In this document: piece after piece, positions 46,740 through 60,014 of the stretch
Numbering within the stretch: position 1 is the stretch's first letter
How the letters are laid out: every line of letters begins with the position of its first letter
Origin: Octopus sinensis
Lineage: Eukaryota
Assembly (NCBI RefSeq): GCF_006345805.1
Contig: NC_043014.1
Location: forward strand, 7,936,001-8,000,000
Direction: 5' to 3'
Length of the DNA: 64,000 nucleotides
Notes under the pieces: generated by a model
Databases searched by the model: none
What the model was told of the DNA's origin: nothing
What the model saw: the letters and a program-made list of their open reading frames with translations, nothing else
Made by a program: the position numbers and the translations under genes

Positions 46740-48220
46740 TGACACAAGGCCCGAAATTTTTGGGGAGGGGGCCATTCGAATAGATCGACCCCAGTGCGTA
46801 ACTGGTACTTATTTAATCGACCCCGAAAGGATGAAAGGCAAAGTCGACCTCGCTGGAATCTGAACTCAGAACGTAACGACAGACGAAATACCTATTTATT
46901 TACTACCCACAAGGGGCTAAACACAAAGAGGACAAACAAAGACAGAAAAACGGATGAAGTCGATTATATCGACTCCAGTGCGTAACTGGTACTTAATTTA
47001 TCGACCCCGAAAGGATGAAAGGCAAAGTCAACCTCGCTGGAATTTGAACTCGGAACGTAACGGCAGACGATATACCTATTTCTTTACTACCCACAAGGGG
47101 CTAAACACAGAGAGGACAAACAGGATAGACAACGGATTAAGTCAATTATATCGACTCCAGTGCGTAACTGGTACTTAATTTATCGACTCCGAAAGGATGA
47201 AAGGCAAAGTCGACCTCGCTGGAATTTGAACTCGGAACGTAACGGCAGACGATATACCTATTCTTTACTACCCACAAGGGGCTAAACACAGAGAGGACAA
47301 ACAAGGATAGACAAACGGATTAGGTCGATTATATCGACCCCAGTGCGTAACTGGTACTTAATTTATCGACCCCGAAAGAATGAAAGGCAAAGTCGACCTC
47401 GCTGGAATTTGAACTCGGAACGTAACGGCAGAAGAAATACTATTTCTTTACTACCCACAAGGGGCTAAACACAGAGAGGACAACAAGGACAGAAAAACGG
47501 ATTAAGTCGATTATATCGACCCCAGTGCGTAACTGGTACTTAATTTATCGACCCCGAAAGGATGAAAGGCAAAGTCAACCTCGCTGGAATTTGAACTCGG
47601 AACGTAACGGCAGACGATATACCTATTTCTTTACTACCCACAAGGGGCTAAACACAGAGAGGACAAACAAGGATAGACAAACGGATTAAGTCAATTATAT
47701 CGACTCCAGTGCGTAACTGGTACTTAATTTATCGACTCCGAAAGGATGAAAGGCAAAGTCGACCTCGCTGGAATTTGAACTCGGAACGTAACAGCAGACG
47801 AAATACCTATTTCTTTACTACCCACAAGGGGCTAAACACAGAGAGGACAAACAAGGATAGACAAACGGATTAGGTCGATTATATCGACCCCAGTGCGTAA
47901 CTGGTACTTAATTTATCGACCCCGAAAGAATGAAAGGCAAAGTCGACCTCGCTGGAATTTGAACTCGGAACGTAACGGCAGAAGAAATACTATTTCTTTA
48001 CTACCCACAAGGGGCTAAACACAGAGAGGACAAACAAGGACAGAAAAACGGATTAAGTCGATTATATCGACCCCAGTGCGTAACTGGTACTTTATTTATC
48101 GACCCCGAAAGGATGAAAGGCAAAGTCGACATCGGCGGAATTTGAACTCAGAACATAACGGCAGACGAAATACGGCTACGCATTTCGCCCGGCGTGCTAA
48201 CGTTTCTGCCAGCTCGCCGG
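46740..48220 (-). repeat. Head-to-tail array of SINE B units (~183-bp period, 8 units)
   Basis: CAGTGCGTAACTGGTAC recurs at about 46792, 46976, 47158, 47341, 47524, 47707, 47891 and 48074. Only the outermost unit keeps the full tRNA-like head. Confidence 0.95.
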
Positions 48221-48447
48221 CGTTATGTTTCAAGATAACGACAGTTATTCTAGAAGATCATTAAGCTATTGTTTAGATTGGTGAGTAGCTGTTGTGATGT
48301 TTTTTACACTTTTTTTTAAGAAAGTGAATAAGAAATTTTTTTGGTTTTTTATTTCTTACTCATATCATCACAAAGTTAGATTATCCCAAGGTGAAGGTAC
48401 AATTAATATGTATATATATATATAATATAATATATATATTATATATA

Positions 48448-49024
48448 TATAACAATTTAGGAATGGCCTAAACAGGCCATTCGTCCACCAGAAAGAGCAG
48501 CCATAACTCCAACCGCCAAGTAGTGTAATTCGGAAATAAGGTGAAAATTTAAAAACATTTACCCTAATTCATCTTTTATACGATGCATCGTTTCGGTGTC
48601 TTTAATGATAGACCAGCTTAATTAAATTAAATTAAGCTAGTCTACCATAGGTCACACTGACTAATTCTGAGATTGAATCGGCAGTTTATATTTGCTGCCG
48701 ATAAGTTTGGCGCGAATGCGTTGGTCTTGAAAATTTTAAGACAGATATTCCCGAGGCATTGATTCAGTAGCCTCGTGTATATCCGTCTCTCCCAGGTTTC
48801 TTTTACTGATGAAGTGTGACCTATGGTAGACTAGCTTAATTTAATTTAATTAAGCTGGTCTATCATTAAAGACACCGAAACGATGCATCGTATAAAAGAT
48901 GAATTAGGGTAAATGTTTTTAAATTTTCACCTTATTTCCGAATTACACTACTTGGCGGTTGGAGTTATGGCTGCTCTTTCTGGTGGACGAATGGCCTGTT
49001 TAGGCCATTCCTAAATTGTTATAT
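48448..49024. mobile_element. Fold-back element: ~210-bp perfect inverted repeats with hammerhead ribozyme motif (PLE pLTR-derived)
   Basis: Arms ~48448-48658 and 48813-49024. The + strand at 48801-48897 reads TTTTA-CTGATGA-[stem II]-GAAAC-GATGCATC-GTA-TAAAA. Confidence 0.85.
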
Positions 49025-49122
49025 TTATACATATTTAGTCTTTGACTATTTTCTCTTTTCCATTAGGCCGCTGGTAGCGATAAATTTTACTGAATTTTTT
49101 GCTACCCTAAATTGATTAATTG

Positions 49123-49252
<130 letters not shown>

Positions 49253-49440
49253 TAAGGGTAGCAAAAAATCTAGAAAAAATTCTCTCCTACCAGCGGTCTA
49301 GCGAGAAAGAAAAGATAGTCAAAGACTATATACTATACATTCAACAATATAAGGACTCACTAGAAAGAGCAGCCAAACTCAAACCGCTAATAGTTGTAAT
49401 TCTGAAATTGAAAGAGAAATATATATATATATATATATAT

Positions 49441-49569
49441 ATTTATTATATAGAAGGAGCTTCTACAGGACTAGTACTGTTTCATTCAAGAGAAATCTTC
49501 AGGAAGCCTGAAGATTTCTCTTGAATGAAACAGTACTAGTCCTGTAGAAGCTCCTTCTATATAATAAAT
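49441..49569. repeat. Perfect 63-bp-arm hairpin with 3-nt loop
   Basis: 49441-49503 is the exact reverse complement of 49507-49569; loop AAG. Confidence 0.95.
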
Positions 49570-49635
49570 TAATTTTACTCTGCTATGTATTGAGTACCTT
49601 ACTTACTGTGGTTAACCCCGAATCAACCCGGGACC

Positions 49636-49730
<95 letters not shown>

Positions 49731-49814
49731 GTGTGTGTGTCTGTGTCTGTGTGTGTGTGTGGAGGCGCAATGGCCCATATATATATATATCCTTAAATCC
49801 TTAAATCCTTAAAA

Positions 49815-52800
49815 ATGTTTTAGCCCGAAGGCCGCGGCCATGCTGGGGCACCACCGCTGAATGAGCTACACTAATATGTGAATCCACCTCTGATACGTGG
49901 CACTTGATCAACAAGGGAGTTCGATGCTGCTGCCCGCATCTGCGTCTCCTGTCGTGAGGTAGGTTCATCTGGGACTCCCGACAAGAAGAGATCCAGTTTA
50001 GTTTTAAAGAAACCCACATCCACACCATGTAAGTCTCTCAGGCATTTAGGGAGGATGTTAAAGAGCTGTGGTCCTCTGAAACCCAAGCTGTTGCAGTATC
50101 TGGACCTGTATTTTGATGGTGATGTTGGAATCTTTGGCACCATGCAGTGGCGCCCCGTTCTGCGGTTGGGGTAACTTTGAATGCCAAAATTTGGGACAAG
50201 ACCCTCCAGGATTTTCCAGATGTATATCACCGCACATCTCTCCCGCCTCCGCTCTAGGGAGAAGAGGTTTAATACCTTCAGTCTTTCCCAGTAGCTGATA
50301 TATTGTATTGAGACGATTTTCTTTGTGTAGCTTCTCTGAATTGTTTCGAGTTCTGCTGTTAGTTTTATATTGTGTGGTGACCAAAGTTGGGAGCAGTAGT
50401 CCAAGCGGCTGAGGACAAATGTTTTCCATAGGACCATCAGTGTCTCCTCTCTTGTTCTGAAAGTTCGGAGAATCCATCCAGCTAGCCGTCTGCATTTTAT
50501 CACCAGATTAGCAATATGCACTTGGAAAGATGCATCATTGCTCATGTCAATGCCCAGGTCACGCACTGATTTTGACTCAGGGATTGCAATTCTTCCTGGG
50601 CCAGTGTATCCAGTCTGCACGTCGTTTACCTTTGTGTGCCAGAAGCGCAGGGCCTGGAACTTACCTGCATTAAACTGCATGTTGTTGTCCTCAGCCCACC
50701 TGTATATTGTGTCCAGCTCCTGTTGCACATGCGCAATATTTTCAGGGTTTTGTATTACGTGGGAGACTTTTGTGTCATCTGCATAGCTAGCAAGGGTGAT
50801 CATCGTAGCAACTGAAGGCATGTCTGAAAGGTCCACTATGAACATCAGTGGCCCCAAGACAGTGCCCTGTGGGACACCGCTTATTATTTGTGTTTCCTTG
50901 GAAATGGCTCCATTGCTCACAACTGCCTGTTTTCTGTCTTTTAGGAAGTTGTGCAGCCACTCTCCAAGTTTTCCGCCTATGCCGAGACCACGCAGTTTGT
51001 GACAGATCATACCATGGTCGACCTTATCAAAGGCTTTTGCAAAGTCGAGATATATTACATCCACATTTAGTAGCTGTTTCAACACCCAGTCATAGTGTTG
51101 CAGGAGCTGTGTTAGGCAGCTTCTACCTGGTCGAAATCCATGCTGAGTGTCAGACAGCAAGTCATTTTCTTCAAGGAACATGATTAGTTTCTTACGGACT
51201 ATTCGTTCCATGACTTTGCTGATGTGTGAGGTCAGAGAGATAGGCCTATAATTTTTAGCATCTGCTCTGCTACCTCCCTTATGGATAGGGCATATTACCC
51301 CCTCTTTCAATTTGACTGGGAGCTTACCACTTGCAAGAAAGCTCTGAAAAAGAAGCTGTAGCGGTTTTGCAAGGGCTCGTTTGCACGATTTGAGAAGGAT
51401 CGCTGGGAATCCATCAGGTCCAGCACCTGAGTTTGTGTCAATCTCATCTATAGTTAGTGGGATATCATCATCTTCGATGTTGATGTACTCAATTTTTGCC
51501 TCTTTGGCCGCAGGTAAAGTGGCAAAGAATTCTGGGTTGTTTACTTGCCTGTGTCAAGTTTGGAATTGTTCGTTCAGTATTTCACTTATCCTCGTGGGAT
51601 TTCCTGTGAGAGAGCCATCTTTTTGGAAGAGAGGTCCTATTCTTTGGTGCACTGTGGCTGTCTCTTTGGCAAACTTAAAGAAAGCTTTAGGGTTTGATTT
51701 TTATATTTTCTATTACCCAAGCTTCTTTATCTGCTCTCTCCTTTTCATGGGACTGATGCAGACTTTTCTCAGTTTCCATTAGCATTCTCTCGAACCGAGA
51801 CTTCTCACCACTTTTGAAGTGCTTGCTCAGGCGGTTCGAAATCCTTGTCCGTCGTCTCATAAGAATCTTCCTTTCTCTAGGGATCCTGTTTTTGTTTTTG
51901 TGTGTGCTGGCTCTGCACACTGGGACATATTTGTCACATATGGCTTGTATTATGGACAAGAAGTGTTTGTGTTTCATGTTTATGTCCGGTGTGGAGAGAC
52001 ATTTAGGCCAATCCTGTTTGAGGATCTCTTTCTCAATCAACTTCCAGTTTGCTTTATGAAAGTTTAAGTTGGAGAGATGGTGGGTGCTTCGTATAGGCTG
52101 TGTGTCTACGGGTGCTTTTGTTCCATACATAGACAGCTCTATTATGTTGTGATCCGAGATCATTGTCGGCATCACATTAACATTATGGATAATATCCATA
52201 TTGTTTGTGAAGCAGAGATCCAGTATATTATCTGCCCTTGTTGGTTGCAGAACTCTTTGCTCCATGAAAGAGGCATTTGTGAGATGGAGCAGGGACTCTG
52301 CCTGTGCCTGCTGATGGTGTGTCATCTCTGGAAAGCATCTGCCCCCCAGGCCATTCCACATTGGAGAGGTTAAAGTCACCCATGAAGAATACACTGTTGT
52401 GTTGTTCAAGGTTAGTGAGGACTTCTCCTATTTTTGTTAGGCAGTCTTCAAACATGCCTGAGTGATTTGGGGCATCTGGTGGGCGATATGTAGTGCATAT
52501 GACGATATTCAGTTGTCTTATGTGTACAATTTGAGTTTCACACACTGAGTTTGTATATGACAACAGGACCTGGGGCGTGAGGTCATCTCGGATGTACATT
52601 GCAACTCCACCATGGCTCCACCCTTTTCTACCTGTGCGTATGACTGCATATTGCGGCATGTGTATTTCTGCATCACCTATATCGGGTTCAAGATGCGTTT
52701 CTGTGAGTGCCATGCATATAGCTTGATTGCATGTCACAAGGTCTCTCAGGAATGAGATTTTCCTTTTACAGTTTCCGCGTAGCAGCCCTCCTACGTTCAG

Positions 52801-53050
52801 TAGAAATATTTTTGTGGTGTGTGTGTTGGTGTTGGTGTCTGTGGAGGCCATCCTGCATCTGTTGGTGGTGGCCTTATGTGGTGGTAGTTCCAGCTTTGTG
52901 CTTGTAGCCAGGTCAGCTGCTGAACAATTTTTTGTGCCATGCACAAAAAAGATTGCTGTTCAGCTGCTGCCCTTCTCACATCTGGGTGAAGCTGGCCATT
53001 TGATGGGTTACCGCGCACCACAACCGCATATCGTCTTTCAGGAGTGGTCA
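49815..53050 (-). mobile_element. CR1-like LINE family 1, nearly complete ORF2 (APE endonuclease + RT), frameshifted
   Basis: Endonuclease motifs FLLNVGGL, LTETHL, GGVAMYI, MGDFN, LDLCFTN, SDH. 479-aa open RT and C-terminus (YRPISLTS, QHGF, YLDFAKAFDKVDH, GVPQG, YADD). 3' hairpin and short-repeat tail. Confidence 0.93.
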
Positions 53051-53111
53051 GTGCGCTTTATTTCCTTCTTTGATGTTTTTCTTTTTCTTTTTCTTTTTCT
53101 TTTTGTTCTCC

Positions 53112-53185
<74 letters not shown>

Positions 53186-53194
53186 CGTGTGTGT

Positions 53195-53320
53195 GGAGGT
53201 GCAATGGCCCAGTGGTTAGGGCAACGGACTCACGGTTTCGATTCCCAGACCGGGCGTTGTGTGTGTTTATTGAGCGAAAACACCTCATAGCACCACGAGG
53301 CTCCGGCAAGGGGTGGTGAT
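53195..53320 (+). mobile_element. Partial SINE family C
   Basis: Head and start of body only. Confidence 0.75.
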
Positions 53321-53377
53321 TTGATCTAGTATTACTAAATTGATTTTTTCCTGTAAGTTGGGAATAATATTCGCTAA

Positions 53378-53493
<116 letters not shown>

Positions 53494-53629
53494 TACACAC
53501 ACATACACATATATATATACATATATATATATACTAGCATTAAAGACCCGTCGTTGCCGGATCATAGTGCTAGAGCATGTATATATGTGTATATATATGT
53601 GTACATATTACATATACATCTATATATAT

Positions 53630-54019
53630 ACATCTTTCTCTATATAAACGGCAGCTTGTCTGTGTGTGTTTCTGTGTGTCTGTTTGGTTGTACCCTCACC
53701 CTGACCACTGCTTTCAACCGATTCTGATGAAACTTGACACACACATAGCCCAATGTCATAATTCAAAACTAACGCAGCGAAAATTTTGAAAAGTTCCCCC
53801 AGTTCTGAAAAAAATCGATAAATTCGACATGGGGTCGAGAATCAGAAACACAAACCACAGACTGTCATGGGGACGCAACTCGACCTTTTTTAACTCTCAA
53901 AAAAAAATTTACTATAATTTTTTTCCCATTTTTTTGCTATTTTTTGGCTATAACTCTCTAAAAATGCTTTATAGTTATTTTCCTTACAAACCTGAGCAAC
54001 GCCGGGCGATACTGCTAGT
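53630..54019 (-). mobile_element. Helentron/HINE-like element
   Basis: Ends in the reverse complement of ACTAGCAGTATCGCCCGGCGTTGCTCAGG. Confidence 0.6.
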
Positions 54020-55275
54020 CTACACATAAAATACAAAATACAAAGTTATATCTAGATATCGCTAGTGATAACAATACTCAAAATATATAACAGACTGGAA
54101 TTGTTAGCCCGTCTCTTGTAATTTCGATCAATTGTATTTGTCCTCCCTCTTGTATAGAAGTGTGGCTACAATCCAGCCTACCTCTACTTCTGGGGAGGGG
54201 GGCATTTTAAATTTTTTTCCGGGTCGTCCTACATCCTAGATATAAAGGTAAAAATAAAATATTTCCATTTAGCAAGTTCGAGTCGAGTACTCCCTTGCAC
54301 GCTCCGTTGACTCGAACCTTGCTTCTATTGTGGCGAATTTACCGCCTCTGATTAGATATCTTTCATAATCGCACCAAGACACTTTTCGAAGGTGCTTTCC
54401 TCCATGTGTTCAAATCTTCTTTTTTCTCTACATTGTATACTTTTTAGACAATAGTCTTTTCTTTAATTTAATTTTTTACTATCCATCTGGACTATTCCAT
54501 TTCTTCACGCTAATTTTATTTTTAATTTATTCCCATTCATGTGAAACCACTTATTCAAGTTCAATCATTGATGCAATTTTATATCAATTGCTATTTTTAC
54601 TTTTTTTTTGTTACGATTATATTATACTTTAGTTTGATTTTAATATTACTTACTACATATAATTCAATTGTTATTATTATTTTTATTGTTAAAGTGAAAG
54701 TATCTGACATAAAATAGAGAAATGTTTTTGTTTCACTTTTAACACGTAATACTGAAATAGTGGAGAAGATATGATATTGCTATGGGCTCGCTCTAGGCAA
54801 GATGGTGAACATTTTTTTACCCATGAAACTACATGGACCCTAAGTAAGGCATGTGTTAAATTTGAATGAAGTTGGTTGTGTAGTTCTCAAGTATTAGGGA
54901 AACAGACAGACAGACAGATAGACAGACACACATTCTCAGTTTTATATATATTTTTTATTGGCTAAACTGGCAAAATGACCATTCGGAAATATAACAATAT
55001 ATATAAAGATATATGCATATATATCAAAGTGTTACGCAGTGGGACTGAACTCGGAAGCTTATGGTTGGTAAGCACAGATGCCTTTTGTACTGAAAATCTT
55101 CACAAAGTTATGGCTAAATTTTTTTAAATAAAATAAAGCAACAATAATAGGAGAAAGCAAAAACCAGTTTTTTTTTTTTACCTTATTTCGCAATAAAATC
55201 AACGAGTATTACTTATTTATTTTGAAATCATAAAAAGGAACATACATGTAAAGATATACATACATATATATATAT

Positions 55276-55330
<55 letters not shown>

Positions 55331-55335
<5 letters not shown>

Positions 55336-58300
55336 GAAGAATGGAGTTGAACGACGAATTAACATATTCCTTTATTTTATTTTCGACATGTTTTTCGAAG
55401 GTTGCATATTCCTAATTTCGAAGGAATAAGGGGTGCATTATGCCGCCTTCTCATCAGGAAAAGTAAGGAACTTATGTCAGCATCAAGATGCACAAAAACT
55501 TTTAGATGACTGCCACACTGAGCCCATAATGATAATGAGTGTTTCTTTAAAATATTCCGTTATAAGCAGTGACGTCAAAAATGGTTGAATGTAGAAGATT
55601 CTAGAAGGTTCAAGGGTTAAGTCGAGGGGAACCCCTCCACCTAATCCCAGACTGAAGAAATTTGAAGACGATCTGTGGGACATCGTAAGGGGCATTAAAT
55701 TCCGTAAATCGCCCCTTAGGAATAAACACCTAAAATTCCTCAACAAAGTCACCTAAGATATAAACAGTTTAGATGCTATCCTGGTACAATCGGATAAATC
55801 CAGGAATACATATAGGCTAGCAAATAACCAGTATTTAGAAATGCTCAAGAAAGAAATACATAAGAATTACAGAACAACAAATAGGAATACACTCAGACAA
55901 GCCAACTTAGAAATTAAGAAAATCATGGAAACGTATGGATTACAAATGAAAACACAACCGCTGAACCCCAGACAACCAAGATTCATCGTTAAGGACCATA
56001 AACCAAACTTTCATACCAACCCGGCATTTAGGCTCATATGCCCCTCTAGTTCCGACATCGGTACCCTTAGTAAGTACATTTTAGATAAATACATACCTAT
56101 ATTAATCAATAAGTTAAAATCAGCCTATGGTCTAGCTCCACTCACATCGTAGAGTGGCTTTCTTCTATTACTAATAAGCACAGCACAAAATTCATTCAAT
56201 TCGATATATCTAGTTTCTACCCTTCGATCAACCCTAGTGTACTCAATAAGGCCCTATGGCACGCACATAATAAGGCAGGCCTCTCAAGGGAGGAAATTAA
56301 TGTAATTTTAGCGGCTAGAAAATCCTTCATAAAGTTCGATGATAAGTTATGGGTCCGCAGGGATACCCCCAACGCGTTCGATGTACTAATGGGAAGTACA
56401 ATTAGCGCCCAGATAGCCGATTTGGTCGGAATCTATATTCTCTATGAATTGGCCGACCAATTCCCGGACATCTGCGGCGGTCTGTATCGAGACGATTGTC
56501 TACTTTACCTACAGAATGCTCCGAACAATATGATACAGAAGACTAAAAACACATTAGCTAGATTTTTTAGCAGAATGGGCTTGAGCATAGTTTTCGACGA
56601 CGAATTAACTAAGGCCAACTTCTTAGATGTTACCCTAAATCTGCAGAATAATTCTTACTTCCCTTATCATAAGCCTTCTACTAATCTTAAATATATCAGC
56701 ATTTTCAGTAACCATGCCAAAACTATCACCGATAATTTAGTTAAAAATATATCCTTAAGACTATCAAATTTATCTGCTAATATCGACATCTTTAACCAAA
56801 AAGCGGAATTTTATAACGCCGCCTTGTCAAAAGCCGGTTATAGAGATAAGGTATCATATATCGACCCGGACCATTCTAAACCGATATATGCTTCTCAGGA
56901 TAAGAACGCTAATAACAATAGAAATAATGTAAATAATGATTTCAGCTCTAACAACGTCGACACCACTATACTTAACAAAAATAATTTACAGACCAGGGGA
57001 GGCAATCGGAAACCAACACCAATTCTCCAACACAGAAATACTCACTTTAATGTAGATGGTAACACTCTGAACTATTCTAAGTAAAAAAATACTATATCTG
57101 GTTTGTCATTCCTTTCGGGAAACAAATCACGTCTAACCTCCCTTTACAGTTCCGTGAAGCCGTAGCTAGAAACTTTCCCAGGAATTCTAGGTATTACTCT
57201 ACTATCAATTCGCATAAGGTAAGGATTGCATTCTCCAACACTAGAAATCTATCGCAGATCATTGCCTCCCATAATAACAAGCTGCTAAATAAGGACTCAT
57301 CACCCGGGAGTAGCGACACTGCCCTTACAAATTCCAACCAAACATACAATAATAATAATAATAGAAATAGTATTGATAATAGCAACATTCATAGCAGTGT
57401 TGGCATTAAGAATAGTAATATTAATAATAATATTAGTCGGATTATTAACAGTGGTAGTGTTAGTGGCAATAACGACAGCATTTATAATAACAGTGGTAGT
57501 ATTGATGATAACAACCCCAGCATTCCTATAGTCAGGGAAATTACCGACGATAGTACAATTAATAGTAATGATAATAATATGAATAGTATTGTGGTCAATG
57601 CTAGCAATAATATTAACACCAATCATAACAATAAAAACTCCGTCTTAGTCTCGGAGGTAAACCCTAACAGATTAAAGTTCTTATCCAGCAATTCCAAAAT
57701 TAGAAATTCCATTTACCAGTGCAAAATTTCTTCCGGTGCCGATGTCTTCTTCTACATTGGGGCGACTACTTCTAAATTAGCCCACAGGATCTCCAACCAT
57801 TATTCAACTTTCCGAGATAAGAGAAAACAACACAGCACAGGACTAAGTAAAATAGTTTGGCGTCTTAAGGACAGTAATACAACTTTCAAGCTGGAATGGT
57901 CCATATTGTCTGTATCCTTTCCGTTTGATAAAGGCAGAAAATTTTGTGGCGTCTGTAATTCCGAACTTTTCCATATTTTGTTCGCCAAAGTCCCTTTAAT
58001 AAATACAATGGTCGAGAAATCCTATAGATGCATGCACTGGCAAAACACACCTTTCACTCATATGAATAATGATTAATATAGATAACCTCCTTGAATTTTA
58101 ATAATATAGTCGCATTTATATATCACCCCCATAGTCAATTTTTATACTCTTAAAGGACTACTACCCAACCCATTGAGGTGTGATTTACCTTTGTCTCCCT
58201 AACTCGTCCTCCTCTCTCTCTCTCTCTTTCCCTCTCTATCGTAAGCACAATCAAACACACAGACACAAACCTGTCACTTCACCACTGTCTGTTTTTGGCA

Positions 58301-58767
58301 TCTACCCATCCACACACACAATCACGCACACACATGCACACACATAGCCATTAATGCAGTTATATACATACACACACATAGGCACTCATTCACAAAAGAA
58401 AACAACAAAATCACCATTTATTTGACCTGCACCCTTTTACCTTCCAATTCTTAGGTCTCTCTCCTCCAACCTTGTTTGAACCCTTGAACCTTCTAGAATC
58501 TACATTCAACCATTTTTGGCATCACTGCTTATAACGGAATATTTTAAGAAAGAAACACTCTCATATCGCTATTGGGCTCAGTTGGGTAGTCATCTAAAAG
58601 TTTTTGTGCATCTGATGGACATAAATTCTTTACTTTTCCTGATGAGAAGGCGGCATAATGCACCCCTTATTCCTTCGAAATTAGGAATATGCAGCCTTCG
58701 AAACATATGTCGAAAATAAAATAAAGGAATATTGTTAATTCGTCGTTCAACTCCATTCTTTCATTTA
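55331..58767 (+). mobile_element. Penelope-like element (RT + GIY-YIG endonuclease) with inverted pseudo-LTRs, disrupted ORF
   Basis: Motifs SDKSRNTY, FIQFDISSFYPSI, MGS..SAQIADLVG, GGLYRDD, NFLDVTLNL, IWF..PF, and GIY-YIG SIYQCKI...FYIGATT...R..NH...LSK. IR arms 55331-55618 and 58479-58767. Confidence 0.9.
58634..58716 (+). ncRNA. Type I hammerhead ribozyme in the 3' pLTR of the Penelope-like element
   Basis: TTTTC-CTGATGAG-AAGGC...GCCTT-CGAAAC-ATAT-GTC-GAAAA. All core nucleotides and stems I-III are present; GUC cleavage triplet at 58709-58711. Confidence 0.8.
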
Positions 58768-58961
58768 TTTGTATTTAAAAAAAAAACACACAAATCTCCA
58801 CACGATAGCACGTGATCTCTGCCCTAGGCATGTAGCTTCAACTGTGTTTTTCTGACGTGAATTTGCTACCCAGGTATCGGTTAACCGAATTATCCATAAT
58901 AAGATAATTCATTCAACTACTCAATTATTTATTTATATATATATATATATATGGGGGGGGG

Positions 58962-59255
58962 GAGGCGCAATGACCCAGTGGTTAGGGCAGGGGACTCGCG
59001 GTCGTAGGATAGCGGTTTCGATTCCCAGACCGGGCGTTGTGTGTGTTCATTGAGCGAAAACACCCAAAAGCTCCACGAGGCTCCGGCAGGGGTGGTGATC
59101 CCTGCTGTACTCTTTCACCACTCTTTCTCTCACTCTTTCTTCTGTTGGCCTGCTCGCTTAGCCAGCGGGATGGCGTCATTTGAAGGCTAAAACAATGCGA
59201 AGCGCATTGTGACCAGCGATGTGTAACAACATCTGATGGCCTGGTCGATCACGTG
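58962..59255 (+). mobile_element. SINE family C copy (tail type ii)
   Basis: Matches 29609-29915. Confidence 0.85.
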
Positions 59256-59960
59256 ATATATATATATATATATATCCCCTCTGGGTGCGTGTGGATCAAT
59301 CTGTACCACATTTGGCATGAAGGTTTTTCATTACTCGGGGAAGGCTCTAGGTGGGTTAAATTTTGGTACTTGCCCATAGGGGACTGCAGCTCCACCTCCT
59401 ATAATACCCTTTGCTTCTCCCATTGGCAATCATACGTAGGATGTTTGCGAGTTGGAAGTCCGAAAACTCTTTTCATGTGTACCCCCAATTTCATTTGTAC
59501 CCCCGATTAAAGGACATACTGAAAACATTGTATATTTAGAAATTCTGCAAAATTAAACTGATTGATTTTACTCACATCATCTGATACAATTTTTCTGAAA
59601 ATATATTTTTTTATCAAAATAAATATATTTATTTCGTTTAACATTCTCCCTTTTGCTACCGTATTTATTTTGAGATGCTTTGTGTTTCTTTCAATTAATT
59701 TTAAATATAACAAAGAATTTAGTAAAATAACTTAGTTATCATTAAGCTGGTGTTAGGAACATAAATTGTGACTAAGATTTAGTGGAAGATTTTAATTGAA
59801 AACTTATGAAAAGACATTTATACTACAGTGCCAAAGCCGGTTTTAGCCGGGTTGGTAACGAAAGGGTTAAACTTCCGAGCAATACCGGGTGCTTAGGCTA
59901 GTTTATTAGAAAAAAAGGAATATTGCAAACGAAATACAAGCTATGTATTTTCCAAGTAAG

Positions 59961-60014
<54 letters not shown>

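Noticed and set aside
46740-48220. Regularly spaced repeats resembling a CRISPR array
   Set aside because: Whole 183-bp units repeat with no unique spacers, the units are SINE B, there are no cas genes, and the context is eukaryotic.
59700-59870. Possible piggyBac-like end (AAAGGGTTAA)
   Set aside because: No matching opposite terminus was identified.
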